Source: Vitrella brassicaformis CCMP3155 (lineage: Eukaryota; Protista; Chromerida). From it: a DNA stretch of 23,620 bases. The position numbers and the translations under genes are program-made. A model generated the notes under the pieces. The model was not told where the DNA came from. It was given only the letters and a program-made list of their open reading frames with translations, and did no database searches. The DNA is taken from NCBI GenBank assembly GCA_001179505.1, contig CDMY01000757.1, forward strand, positions 1 to 23,620, read 5' to 3'. Shown here in pieces: positions 1-10,662 of this stretch (the first letter of the stretch is position 1; each line of letters starts with the position of its first letter).

Positions 1-449
1 CCCCCCTAATTGTGATCCCCCATCGCCAAGACGTTCAGTCTTCGATGACTGCAGAAAGCCGCCCTCCACCTTCTCTTGGAATCATCGTTCTGGCGGCGTT
101 TGGGCTGACGGAGGCGTCGTTGAAGGAATGCAGCGCGTTTCATCCTTCACTGGTGGGTCGCCCGCTGAGGCCCGTAAGGTCTGTCCACGCCACGAGCAGC
201 GGCAAGGCCAAACACTGCCTCTCAGTCCACAGGAAGGCTGCAACTACTGGGGCCGGCGAGAGCAGGACCGAGGAACATGGTCAGAAGGGTCGTCAGACAA
301 AACACCAGTGGATGAGCACCTCTCTCTGTGCATGTGACTGATATTCTTTGTGGCCCCGCTTCATGCAGCTCCCGGCAAAGCCCCCGGTCCCATCACGTTT
401 TCTTGGAAGCTTGATGGTATGTAACGCGATGCCGGACGCAGAGACGCAT

Positions 450-1126
450 CTATCGCGTGCTTGTTTGTCGGTCTGGACGGGGGGTGCAGTCAAGGGGGTC
501 TCCAAGGGAGCTTCTAAGAGCGGCCAGGGGCTCGGACTTCTCGGTATCGGGATCGGGACCGGGGCCGTTCTTAATGCCTTTGCCTTCGTTCTCATCGCGC
601 TGACGGAGGTCGGGTTTCAGGGCTTTGGTGCGGTAATCGCGGCCCTTGTTCTCTCCCTTGTGTTCACGATGCCTCTCGGGCTCGTCGAGAGCGGTTCCAG
701 GGACGGCCGAGGGCCTAGAGCCGGTGGGCTTGGGGTCCTTGGCGTCGGGATCGGGGCCGTCATGGCTGGCTATGCCTTCGTTCTCATCGTGCTGTCGGAG
801 GTCGGGCTCAAGGGATTCGGTGCGGTGGTCGCGGCCTTTGTTGTCTCGCTTGTGTTCGCGCTGCCTTTCGTGCTCATCGTCGAGAGCCTGCTCGGTTCCA
901 GGGGCGGCCGAGGGCATAGCGCCGGTGGGCTTGGGGTCCTCGGCGTCGTGCTCGGGGCCAATATCGGTGCCTGCGCCTTCCTCTTCCGAGCGCTTGTGGC
1001 AACGTTTGCCGGCTGAAAGAGGGCTACGTGGGGAGGCTTTATTGTGGCGGCGTCGGCGGCCTGGGAAACCAGCCCCCCCACCTGGCAGCTGCGTGGATGT
1101 CGGACTGGGCTGCATTCGGAGGGATA
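450..1126 (-). CDS. 3' exons of a hydrophilic, low-complexity repeat protein (D/E/K/R/P/H-rich); further upstream exons likely at about 1540-1900, 5' end unresolved
   Basis: Stop-free minus frame 450..1259 carries about 2.3 imperfect ~64-67 aa repeats (DPKPTG...HERQREHK...DLRQHDENEG). Candidate splice sites: acceptor CTCTTTCAG at 1013, donor CAG|GTGGGG at 1081, acceptor CTCTAG at 1127. No recognisable domain. Confidence 0.45.
541..960. repeat. Imperfect tandem repeat, unit about 190-200 bp, about 2.3 copies
   Basis: gccttcgttctcatcg recurs at about 582 and 775; gccggtgggcttggggtcct recurs at about 720 and 921. Confidence 0.85.
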
Positions 1127-1605
1127 CTAGAGATGACACGGGTCTGTTGAGTGTGAGGAGATGGCCGGTGTGGGAGGAGATGGCTTGTTTGCCTTTCTCG
1201 GTAACTTCCGTGCTCAGAGTATTCGGGGGCACCACGACACACCACATGTCGACACACACAAAGACATACAGACATACAACAGATAGATACGCAAAGAATA
1301 GGAAGGAAGAAGGGTTGGTGGGGCTGACTGCTCTCTCTTGTACAGACTGCCTCTCATGACTTGTCTCACATTATCTGTATGTTTATCTAGTCGCAGCAAG
1401 TCTTTTGATGTGACAATTGTGTGTGGGTGCATGACAAGTGCAGAAACGACATTCACTGCGATCTGACTTATCTCGAGACAGCATGCCGACCAGCCAGATA
1501 TCGTCTGATTTCTAAGATGAGCTAGCTGGCTGACTGGCTTCCTCACTTCACCACATATGCACACACTGTAGAAACAAAAACCTGACCTTTCTGCCACGGT
1601 GCTTC

Positions 1606-1647
1606 TGCTAAGCGTCGTTTGCTGCCTGCTAAGCGTCGTCTTCTGCC
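1606..1647. repeat. 21-bp tandem duplication (frame-preserving)
   Basis: ctgctaagcgtcgtttgctgc followed by ctgctaagcgtcgtcttctgc. Confidence 0.85.
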
Positions 1648-1810
1648 GCTCTACCTTCTGCTCGGTGGATGGCTGCTCAATGCCGCTATCGTATTCTCCT
1701 CCTCAGCCCTCCCGACAGCAAGGGCGCTTCGTCATCTTCCCTCTCTCCAGTCACAAACATGCAACCCCACGAGGGTCTGCACGCATGTAGCACTGTCCTA
1801 GCTGCTTCGG

Positions 1811-1853
1811 TCGCTTCGTCCTCGTGTTTGTCGCTTCGTCCTCGTGTTTGTCG
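1811..1853. repeat. Perfect 20-bp tandem duplication
   Basis: tcgcttcgtcctcgtgtttg x2, plus tcg. Confidence 0.95.
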
Positions 1854-2110
1854 TGGGCGGCTGGAGTGGTCTGCGCAGCATCCCTGCAGACACCCATAGC
1901 AGGGCAGAAGGACCCAGACAATGAGACGACAAACTAACTGGGCCATCCAAGCATGATGCATGAAACGGGCGACGAAGTTCGTCTAGGCATCAGTTCGTGT
2001 CAAAAGAATCAGGTTTGTTCACTGCGAAAACAAGCGTGAGACAAACAACGTGACAAACAAATTCAGGACCCAGATCCAGCAAGCCACCTCACAGCTCTGC
2101 AGCGGGTTGA

Positions 2111-2309
2111 GTATCAATACTTGAGAAGTGAGTATTAATACTTGCTACATATTGATAGAAGTATTGATACGAGACACATCCCATGTGCCCCTGGCTGAGC
2201 ATCACCCTGCACTGCTACCTTCATCGTCCTGTGGTCGGAGGTTGCGCGTCACGTAATTCCCGGAAGCTCCCGGAAGGGTGTGTTTCGTATCAATACGTGA
2301 CGCGCAACC
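2111..2309. other. Array of quasi-palindromic GTATYRATAC motifs plus a perfect 16-bp inverted repeat
   Basis: Motif at 2111, 2132, 2161 and 2287. ggttgcgcgtcacgta (2240-2255) pairs with tacgtgacgcgcaacc (2294-2309). Confidence 0.8.
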
Positions 2310-3277
2310 CTGGTCCCTATCGGTCCCACTATGACTGACGGAAGGGGTTGACGGCGTCCAATCAAGGCGCGCTCACGTGGTTGTTCTCCGTGGTAAGGGC
2401 CAACAGCCGCCCCGCCAACCCAACCGCTTGCCGGGGTGACTCACGTTGTGTGTATATTGACTGACTGCTGGTGCACATGTGCTATTGAGTGGTCTCATGG
2501 TCTCTTGTTTGCGAAGTGCGTGAGGGCCTGGTTTGTAGACGTGTGTGCGTGTACGCATTTTTGTGGTGGTGAAGAACGAAACGAATTCATTAATTTCTGA
2601 TATATGAAGAACACACATAAATCCACCGTACACGACCGAGACAAGGGGTAACCGATCGACTAATCTAGCGACCAACAACACACCCACCAATCTACCTGCG
2701 CCGCATGGTATGTACCGACACCAAATGCGGTCACATCAAAACAAATCAATACGAAAAAACATAGATGGGGCGATGGGCTGACTGTCGTAAGGTCATTCTG
2801 TCAGGCAGGCCATAAGTTACGAAACACACGTGCACTTACATATGCATTATGTGTACGAATGGCATATGGATTCGTGAGCTTGATCGTCGACACCATGCAC
2901 GAATGACAAGAACACATGAAGGCCACCCACCACACGACACACAGTAGTCACTCCACGTAATCCACCGCCAGACAGTTACAAATCCTGCCTTGGACGCAAA
3001 GATAGAGCACCGATGAAAGCAATGGAAATTACAATCATCCCACTCACCCTCTCCCCCCAGCACACCACACACATGTCACACCACACACATGTCACACCTC
3101 ACCTATGCAGCATCGTGTTCCCCACCCACTCGAACACGTACTCGATCGAGCCTCACAAGACCCCAATCCAACTACCCAGACCGCGCGATTCACGGCCTAT
3201 CTTATGTGACTTGGTGCGCGACTGGAGGCATCCCCAATTCCCTCTCCATCTCCCCCCCTGTCGCCATCGCAATCAGA

Positions 3278-4590
3278 CTATGCCCTTGTCTCCCTCGTGG
3301 TGGTCCTCGTGATGCTGCTCGTCGTCCGCTTCTCTCTCAGTCGCTCTCTCCTCACTTGAGCAAACAGCATTCCTCCTTTGAAGCAGACCATCAGACAGGT
3401 GAAGAGAATTGAAAGGACGTAAAGGACGATTGTACTGAGGTCCGACTGGTCCACCGGCATAGACATGAAGGTGATGATGGCGATTGGTATCTCTCCCAGC
3501 GAGACGATGAAAACAGTAAGATGGAATCTCACGGACAATTCCATCAGAGGCCGCGCAGGCCAGTGGGCATTGAAGGCAACGACATCGCAGAGAGAGAGGG
3601 CGAAGATGATGACGGATTGCCAGAGGAGCCCACGAGTGACAAGGTCAACACCGACGGCAAGGTCGGAAGTCCAATCGATCACCACGAGGAAAAACAGCAG
3701 GAGTTTGAGTGATCTCTCCTGACAAATAGGATCACATACATGCACACATGCAGAGAAAAAGAGAGTCGTTGGTGATCTAAACGAAGAAAGTCCGCGAGTG
3801 GCTTACCACTGCGACGGCGCTGCCTTTGCAGGAACACCATTGAGCGAGTCTTTGATACGCAATCGACTCCTCATACTGAAGAGGTGAGAACTGTTCGGCG
3901 AGAATGTGCTGAGTGATTTGCGGACGAGGAAGGCGACACCGCTCAGCCCGAGGAGAAGGGGGACTCGTTGGGACCTTGAATGACCTTGGGACGAAACAGG
4001 TGAAAACGGTGCATCCTCCGCACCAAATCGCCCCGATGTACCACAGAAATGTGAACAGACCTATTCACAAGAGGTATACCCACCCGATGCATGCAAGATT
4101 GATTCATTGTCCCTGTCCATAAATGTGCTATTCCTCACGTCCGATTGGCGCAATGTATAGACCGAAGCTGCCCAGTCCGACGGCGACGAAGCAGGCGATA
4201 TTGACAAGCAGCAGTTCAAAGACGCCGCGCGGAGGCTGGAATTGACCCATGATTTTAAGCGCGAGGATCAATGTCGGCCAGAGATATCGACAGGCAATGT
4301 CCAACCACCAATAACGCAGTCTTTCGGAGCCGACGAGATCCGCGACCACGATGCAATAGGCATAGTTGAGCGCACCCGCGAAGAGTATATCGATGAGGGC
4401 GTTGATGGGAGTGTCCCTCAGCCACTGAAGAAAAGGAAGAAGGAAGCAGAACAGAGATCTTATCGTTTGCTTGTCTGACTGAGCTGACTGACCAGTTTTA
4501 TCGGACCGCTGATCTGGATAGTCCAAAACCCCCATTCCTCAGGCACAGTGCCGATGTCCACCGGCACACTGTCATCGGCAGCCTTGGTTG
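3278..4590 (-). CDS. Multi-pass membrane protein of unknown family (weak XK-related-like motifs); 5' end unresolved
   Basis: Frame-consistent exons: about 4590-4493, 4424-4139, 4060-3807, 3718-3278, joined by GT-AG introns of 68, 78 and 88 bp. The spliced product has many hydrophobic segments (LIDILFAGALNYAYCIVV; LFTFLWYIGAIW; LLLFFLVVIDWTSDLAVG; LGEIPIAIITF; IVLYVLSILFTCLMV). Confidence 0.75.
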
Positions 4591-5289
4591 GTAAGCAAGG
4601 TGGAAGAGGCGGTCGCTGGTTGCCTTCCGTGATCCGACGACTTGAGCCTATAGGTGTCAGCGAAAGGGGACTGTCGGCACTCGGACCCTCCTTAGGGATG
4701 GAAGACAGGGAGCGGGACGGACTGCCGGAGCTATCACCTCGAGGCAGTTTCATCATCACTCATCTGAGGTTCCGAAGGAGCCCTGTGGGCGAGGGAAGAA
4801 GGGACAGCAGGCGTGTGCCAATGAGTCCGAGCAGGGCAAATTGGAGCAGGGCCAGCGAGCAGTGGAGGAAGCAGGGGGAGACGAGAAGCAACCGCAGAAT
4901 GGGATGGATGGATAGATCTCACGAATCTCAGCCTCCAACCAAACAAAGGGATCTGGAGAATGACGACAGAGAAGAGAGAGAAGACACGGGGGAGAGAAAG
5001 GGGATGCAAGCTGAAACCCTACTCCTGTATACGTCAACACAATAACCAACCAACCAACGTCTGACACGTATCCCACGAGACGTGAGCACACACCAGAAAA
5101 ACTCAAGCTTCTGCGTCTTTCCAGAACCGTACACGGGTTTGGCAGAGTGGTGTTGAGTGGTGTTTGAACAGGCATGATTCGTTGAGTCTCAGCGACGTGA
5201 TGGCAAAAGTGGCAGATGTGGTTGAGTGACACACACTGTGAGCCACAGTCGACTCAGTGGAGGAGACAGTGAGTGAGTCAGCCACTGAG

Positions 5290-7233
5290 ATGAAACAGCT
5301 CGTCATATCCATCCCAGTCTGCCATTTGAAAGAAATCAAATGGCAGGCCAGCATCGCATACAGGCTGTGTGTAACATCACGTACAGATCTTCAATTGCTT
5401 CGCTCAAATCGGACGTAAGAGGTCCGAAGGCGACAAATCATGCCCATTAATGCACGGACTACTAGACGGAGTCGTCGTCATTTGACGCACGTGACTCTCT
5501 CTGCTACAAATGTTACATACACACACGCCACACGCCCAAACGGCCAGCTGCTCAATCGCGTCTCTATTCTTTCAAGAGGCTATGTACGTCTCCTTGAATT
5601 CAAATGGTAGGCCAGCATCGCTGCAGACGGTTGAACATCAGTGTGTCTCTCCGTCTGTCCCCGCGAAGCGTGTGGCAGCCAGCCCAGTGGTCTCGTCTTC
5701 TCCAGGAAGCTGCACAGGAGAGAAGGCGGAGAACAGTAGCGCGCAGGTCACAGTGGCACAGAAAGCCCCAGGACCACAAAGGATCCGTCGAGCTTGACCA
5801 GGTCCTCAGCAGCAACAAATGCGTTAAAACCGGGGCCGCTGCTTCTCTGCATGAGCGGGCATGTTTGTACCATCTGCTGCATGCTTGTCAATCACTTCAC
5901 TCGCTCCCCCAACCTACCAGGAGTGTTGCGACGCCCTCTACCTGGCCCTCTCGCAGTGCGGGGACCAGTTCGTCCACGGGAAACTCAACCAACTCCAATC
6001 CCGGTGCCACTTCCGTCAGTGCATCGATAAAGAAGCAACCATCGCACACCCCAATGCGCTTCCTGGAAGACAACAAAGACGTGCATACTTAGTCCCACCG
6101 TTCTCTCACCCCCGCCCCCCTCTCACTCACTCTTCCAGAGCATTGGGGTCCGCCGTCAGGTCGATTGCTGTCAAATCTGAGTCTTCCAGCACCCAAACGC
6201 CAATCTCGTTCACAAAGCTGCACGCACAAATGCACGGGGACAAGGGGACTGGCCTACTCATTTGAGCGAGAAGTACTTGAGGATGGAACAACTTCTGAAG
6301 TCCACAGACTCTGCGCGTTCCGCAGTACCCTGATGGCAAACACGCGGGACCGAAATATGCGCCCTCGACCCCTTCTGTCTCACTGTGAAGAAGGTCAATA
6401 TGTCGGCGGTTCCTTCGTTCAAGGCCTCCCGAAACTGGAAAGCACACAGCAGCAATGAGATGTGAGGCCACCACACAGCCCCGCGTGTGTGTTTGTGCAC
6501 ACCTGCTCAAAAAAAATTTCCGAATTGTCTGAGTCCCGGGATCACAGTGCAACACTATGACTTCTCTTCTGGTGGCTTACCAATGATGGTGAAGTTGGCC
6601 TTAATCTCTCGCTCGTACTCCTGACGAGGGCAACATGAGGATGGCAATATGGCAACATGGCAGCCGTACCTTCGATAGCTCTGCCAGGATCAGTTCAACA
6701 ACCTCCACATCGAAGCCGTCAAGGGTCCTGTCATTTTTGACCGAAGGGTTGAGTATGGAGATACCGACCTCGACGACTCCTTCGTCCAGCACCTAACAAG
6801 AGCGTAGTCAACGCAAAGAACAGCGCTGCCTCTTGGAGTGTCGTTCACTGCTGCCCTGTAGATGCGTTCATGCCTACCAGACCTTTCTAAACGTCAAGCG
6901 GGAAGTTTTCATTGACCAAGTCCAGGTACCCGTCCGTCTCACGAACCTCAAGCAAAACAGACACATCCGGACTTATCCGTGCATGCATCTGGCACGTCTT
7001 ACATTCTTTATTGCTCTGCTAAACGCCTCGTTCAGCTGCACGTCTCCCTTGTCGCCGGTCACGTAAGGGTTGGGCTCCTCAGGACGTTTGTCACCGACCA
7101 CAGGGGCCAGCAAGTCGAGGAGAAACTCAGCCAGGTCAGTGATCTTCTCCTCATTTGGGGTGGCCGCCACGAGCGAAATCGAGAGGACAGAGAGGCTGAG
7201 CAAGGGACCGACCGGCATCAGGAGCCTTGACAT
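5290..7233 (-). CDS. Signal-peptide-bearing extracellular solute-binding protein family 3 (PBPb / glutamate-receptor ligand-binding-domain-like); 10 or more exons, probable +1 frameshift near 6888, 3' end unresolved
   Basis: Spliced translation gives MSRLLMPVGPLLSLSVLSISLVAA (signal-like), VEVGISILNPSVKNDRTLDGFDVEVVELILAELS, FREALNEGTADIL, TAERAESVDF, EIGVWVLEDSDL, KRIGVCDG and ELVPALREGQVEGV. These match, in order, the SBP_bac_3 motifs (GFDvdl; AL..G..D; T.ER...VDF; KrIGV; AL..G.VD). Confidence 0.75.
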
Positions 7234-7805
7234 GGACACCGGCTGCATGCCTGGTGCGTGTCCAGGGGAGGATGTTCCAAAAAACAAAAGTGCAAGGGAG
7301 TGTTTACCCCAGCGCTTTACAGTGTAGCGGCATGCAGCCGTTGAACGCATTCGCGAAATCGGCATTGCCACACACCTATGACCACACCGACACTACGCAC
7401 CGGGTGAAGAAAAAACGCATTAGGGCGAGATATCGTTTCACGACATTCACGATCATTCCCCTATATGAATTTTAAAACCGGGGTTTTTTCCCACTGGAAT
7501 TCCGATGCGTGTAGGCAGCGCATGCGAGAGCTGTTTTGGTTAAGCAAAACTAGACAGCATGCTCTCGCTTTTGATCCCATTCGCATGTCGTCCGGCAGCC
7601 GAACAAAGGAGGGAAAAAAGAAAACGAATTTTGGCAATGCCTTCCGGTTTCACGGATTTCCTAAACATTCGCTTTTACTGTTTTACGGACACGCCTGCCC
7701 GAAGGGCAGAACTCCACTTGTCTCCTCGAGATCTGAGCGCACCAGTTGTAGGAGTATGAGTGAGCAGGTCAAACGCGATCTCAGTGACCATGTCAAACAG
7801 GTGCC

Positions 7806-8105
7806 NNNNNNNNNNNNNNNNNNNNNNNNNNNNNNNNNNNNNNNNNNNNNNNNNNNNNNNNNNNNNNNNNNNNNNNNNNNNNNNNNNNNNNNNNNNNNNN
7901 NNNNNNNNNNNNNNNNNNNNNNNNNNNNNNNNNNNNNNNNNNNNNNNNNNNNNNNNNNNNNNNNNNNNNNNNNNNNNNNNNNNNNNNNNNNNNNNNNNNN
8001 NNNNNNNNNNNNNNNNNNNNNNNNNNNNNNNNNNNNNNNNNNNNNNNNNNNNNNNNNNNNNNNNNNNNNNNNNNNNNNNNNNNNNNNNNNNNNNNNNNNN
8101 NNNNN
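7806..8105. other. Assembly gap (300 N)
   Basis: Run of N. Confidence 1.
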
Positions 8106-8157
8106 AAAAAGGGGCCCCCCCCCCCCCCCACCCTCGCCTGAAGAAATTCGCACCCCT
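8106..8157. mobile_element. Possible terminal end of a MITE/DNA transposon whose remainder lies in the gap
   Basis: GGGG-poly(C)-CCCTCGCCTGAAGAAATTCGCACCCCT abuts the gap and looks like a TIR end. No partner TIR or TSD is visible. Confidence 0.25.
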
Positions 8158-8186
8158 CCTGAATGTGACAGATGCGATTCATGCGA

Positions 8187-8766
8187 ATGGGTGAAGAAGA
8201 TGAGCGACGAAAGGCATTGGAGGAGAAGCAAAGACAGGCCATGGACATGCACAAATGGACGCTGGGCGTGGCCACTGCAGCCCTCCCTACCCCATCGAGG
8301 AAGTAAGCACTCGATGAGCACACCGATCAGCACGTTGCACATAACGAATGAGCACGGCAACAAGCATTCTCCGCTTCTCCATATCAGGGCGACGACAAGC
8401 TTGATGGTACATGGAAGACGCTCGTACGGCAAGTGCAATCCTGTCATCGAGGTAGAGGACGCACGACGAGGAATGGTCGTTCGCGTGTGCGAGTGCATGT
8501 GGTCTTGTGTGGGTGTGATCAGGGCTATATGGTGACCATAGCCAAGCGAGTCGAAAGCGCAAAGCGGAAGAGAGAAGACGATGATGACCAGATCGGACGG
8601 TAAGAGGGAACGTCTGCCTGCTCAATACATATGTGGTGTCCTTGTCAGGCTGGCGGCCTTTCAGGTGCAAAGCGGTGCCAAGCCAGCCCCGTCCCTGTTG
8701 CAGCCGTCAGCTCCCAAGCCGGAGGGCGGCCGACGGCCGTGGAGGCAAAGGAAGCCGAACAAATGA
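8187..8766 (+). CDS. Small 4-exon hypothetical protein (about 124 aa; may be 5'-incomplete, alternative start 8172)
   Basis: Exons 8187-8302, 8388-8451, 8523-8599 and 8649-8766 join in frame through three GT-AG introns (MGEEDERRKALEEKQRQAMDMHKW...AKRKREDDDDQIG...). Without splicing, the frame stops at TAA just inside intron 1. Confidence 0.5.
8303..8387 (+). mobile_element. Copy 1 of a duplicated 85-bp spliceosomal intron (Introner-like candidate)
   Basis: GTAAGCACTCG...CTTCTCCATATCAG; 82/85 identical to the reverse complement of 10045-10129. Confidence 0.65.
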
Positions 8767-9441
8767 GCGGAAGATTGCAGTGCGCGCTATGCCATGGCTG
8801 ACATGTCTGTGTACAGATCGAGTACAGAATTGACTGCGTTGCAGACCTTATGTTTTGTAATGTGTCCAAAAACGTACATACGGGAGACTCCTGATGCAAG
8901 AAGAGCTATCATTGTCAAAGGAATTACGGTGCGACCATTAGCGATCCAATTCCTACAGCCCGAGATCATGAAAGCAAAGATACCCCGTCGCATCACTGTA
9001 GAAACACGTTAGTCAGGTCATTCATGCCACTCACCCAGAAAATGATGAGATGATGATGTCATCAGTCACTGAGAATAACAGAAAAATCCAGTCTACGCAA
9101 TGAAAACCTTGCACCCGGCCGACGCACATGCTATGGCCGAAGGCAAATCAATTGGTGCGAGATACAGACAATGGTCATGCCCTGGCGTGACAGCGGAAAA
9201 TTCCCTGGAGGGGGAAAGGCGTCCACGAGAATCAGTGGCATGTGTACTTATCACAGATAAGTACAAACAAGTACTGTGCAGACAAATACATACATGGTAT
9301 GGAACAAGACCTACGTACGATGATGCACATACGGATCGCACAATGAATGCGATGATGCACGTATGGAGCATTTTCAGACAAAGACGGTGGGTGGAATGGG
9401 ATGCGGACAGAAATAGAGCCGTGCGATGCCCAGGCCGCCTC

Positions 9442-10610
9442 TCACGGAGCAAATGGACCTGATAGACACACGCAACAATAGAGACACACGCAACAATCCG
9501 GCACAAGATGTGAGCCCACGATGCTCAACCGTCTCTCAGTGCGCAATGTCTCACCTAGCAAGTTGCAGCGGATCTCTCCCGCAGGGTTGCGCACCGTGTG
9601 GACATTGATGTATACTCGCGCAGCCTTGATGGCATTCACCAGGGCGAGCAAAGGGTGGCCCGCCAGTTCGCCGACCAAATCAAGATCGCCAAATGGTGCA
9701 TCTGATTGCAACAGCCACGTGCAATGTGTGCCAAGAGGCCGTCCAACGTGTTTCCTGAACGACTCACCTCTGACCACCACCCCGGTGAGAGGCACTGGGT
9801 CGCCGGGAGGGATCATCGTGTTGCCGGACAGCTCTGCTCCCGTAAGCGGAGTGGGGGGAAGTACCTCGTCGCTGGGGAAGGTCTGAAAGCTGTTGAAAAG
9901 TACTTGATGACAGCTGGCTATGTCGACACCATTTCTTTGTTTGACCTACCTGTTGGAAAGGATAAATCCGACAACTCCTCCTGTACACGGAGCAGCAGGG
10001 CCCGGCTCTTCGAGGGTCGGTGTGGGCGTCCCAGTCAAGGTGCCCTGATATGGAGAAGCGGAGAATGCTTGTTGCTTTGCTCATTCGTTGTGTGCAACGT
10101 GCTGATCGGTGTGCTCATCGAGTGCTTACTTCCTCGCACAAGTGGAAATGCACACCGATGACGTCCGTCAGGTTGTCGAGCCGCAGCGTCACAAACAGGA
10201 GGCTCTGACTGGGGTCATACTTAGCCGGAAGACGCCTGACGAGACAGACATCTCCATTGTTGTTTGCACATCCTGTTTTCTGACGGACAGACTGCCGGCC
10301 ATTCGTACCTGAGAGGTCGGCACCGTTCGGGATGTCAGGAATGGGCTGCTCGACCTCTGCAACACACACAACCACACCACAGAGCATCAGTCCGAACACT
10401 CTCCTTTTCTTCTGCTCTACTCCGGACACCACCTGTGCTGCAAGGGATAGTGATAGGTGTCTGTGGGAATTGCTTCCTGTCCTTCACGATCTTCGGACCC
10501 CCCTTGCCGGGCCCAGTGGCGCCGGGCTTCTTCCCGCCGCCCTTCTTCGAGCTGTGATGCTGCCCGACAGCGACGGCCAGGACCAGGAAAATTGCGAAGA
10601 GTCGAGCCAT
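9442..10610 (-). CDS. Secreted CHRD-domain protein
   Basis: Exons 10610-10433, 10356-10309, 10272-10130, 10044-9950, 9889-9768, 9701-9555 and 9458-9442 are all phase-compatible. N-terminus MARLFAIFLVLAVAVG is signal-like. CHRD motifs: LFVTLRLDNLTDVIGVHFH and DLVGELAG...VYINVHTVRNPAGEIRCNL. Confidence 0.9.
10045..10129 (-). mobile_element. Copy 2 of the duplicated 85-bp intron, inside the CHRD domain (phase 0, EE|G)
   Basis: Splicing it out restores the CHRD reading frame (HFHLCEE|GTLTG); near-identical to 8303-8387. Confidence 0.65.
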
Positions 10611-10662
10611 GTGGGCAAGCGAAGAAAGCAGAGAGCTGGAAGTTGTCGGAAGCTGGGGAGAA
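10611..10662. promoter_or_regulatory. Very short head-to-head interval between the CHRD and LCCL genes
   Basis: CHRD ATG at 10610 (-) and predicted LCCL-gene ATG at 10663 (+; ATGATGAGAAGGTCAACGGCCG|GT spliced in frame to 10780). The next ATG, at 10800, is still under 200 bp away. Confidence 0.45.

Noticed and set aside
348-1359. Long plus-strand ORFs 348-1016 (hydrophobic, transporter-like) and 646-1359
   Set aside because: They are the antisense shadow of a GC-rich hydrophilic repeat ORF, with non-ATG starts, and the splice signals favour the minus strand.
7524-7709. Imperfect hairpin (7524-7568) and CTGCCC-GAA-GGGCAG mini-hairpin (7695-7709) as a Helitron end or terminator
   Set aside because: No CTRR terminus or U-tract at the proper spacing; short stems are expected by chance.
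7465-8535. ORFs spanning the N run
   Set aside because: Artefacts of translating through the assembly gap.
10273-10308. 36-nt GT-AG segment in the CHRD gene as a notable mini-intron
   Set aside because: It is in frame and stop-free, so it cannot be told apart from coding sequence without transcripts.
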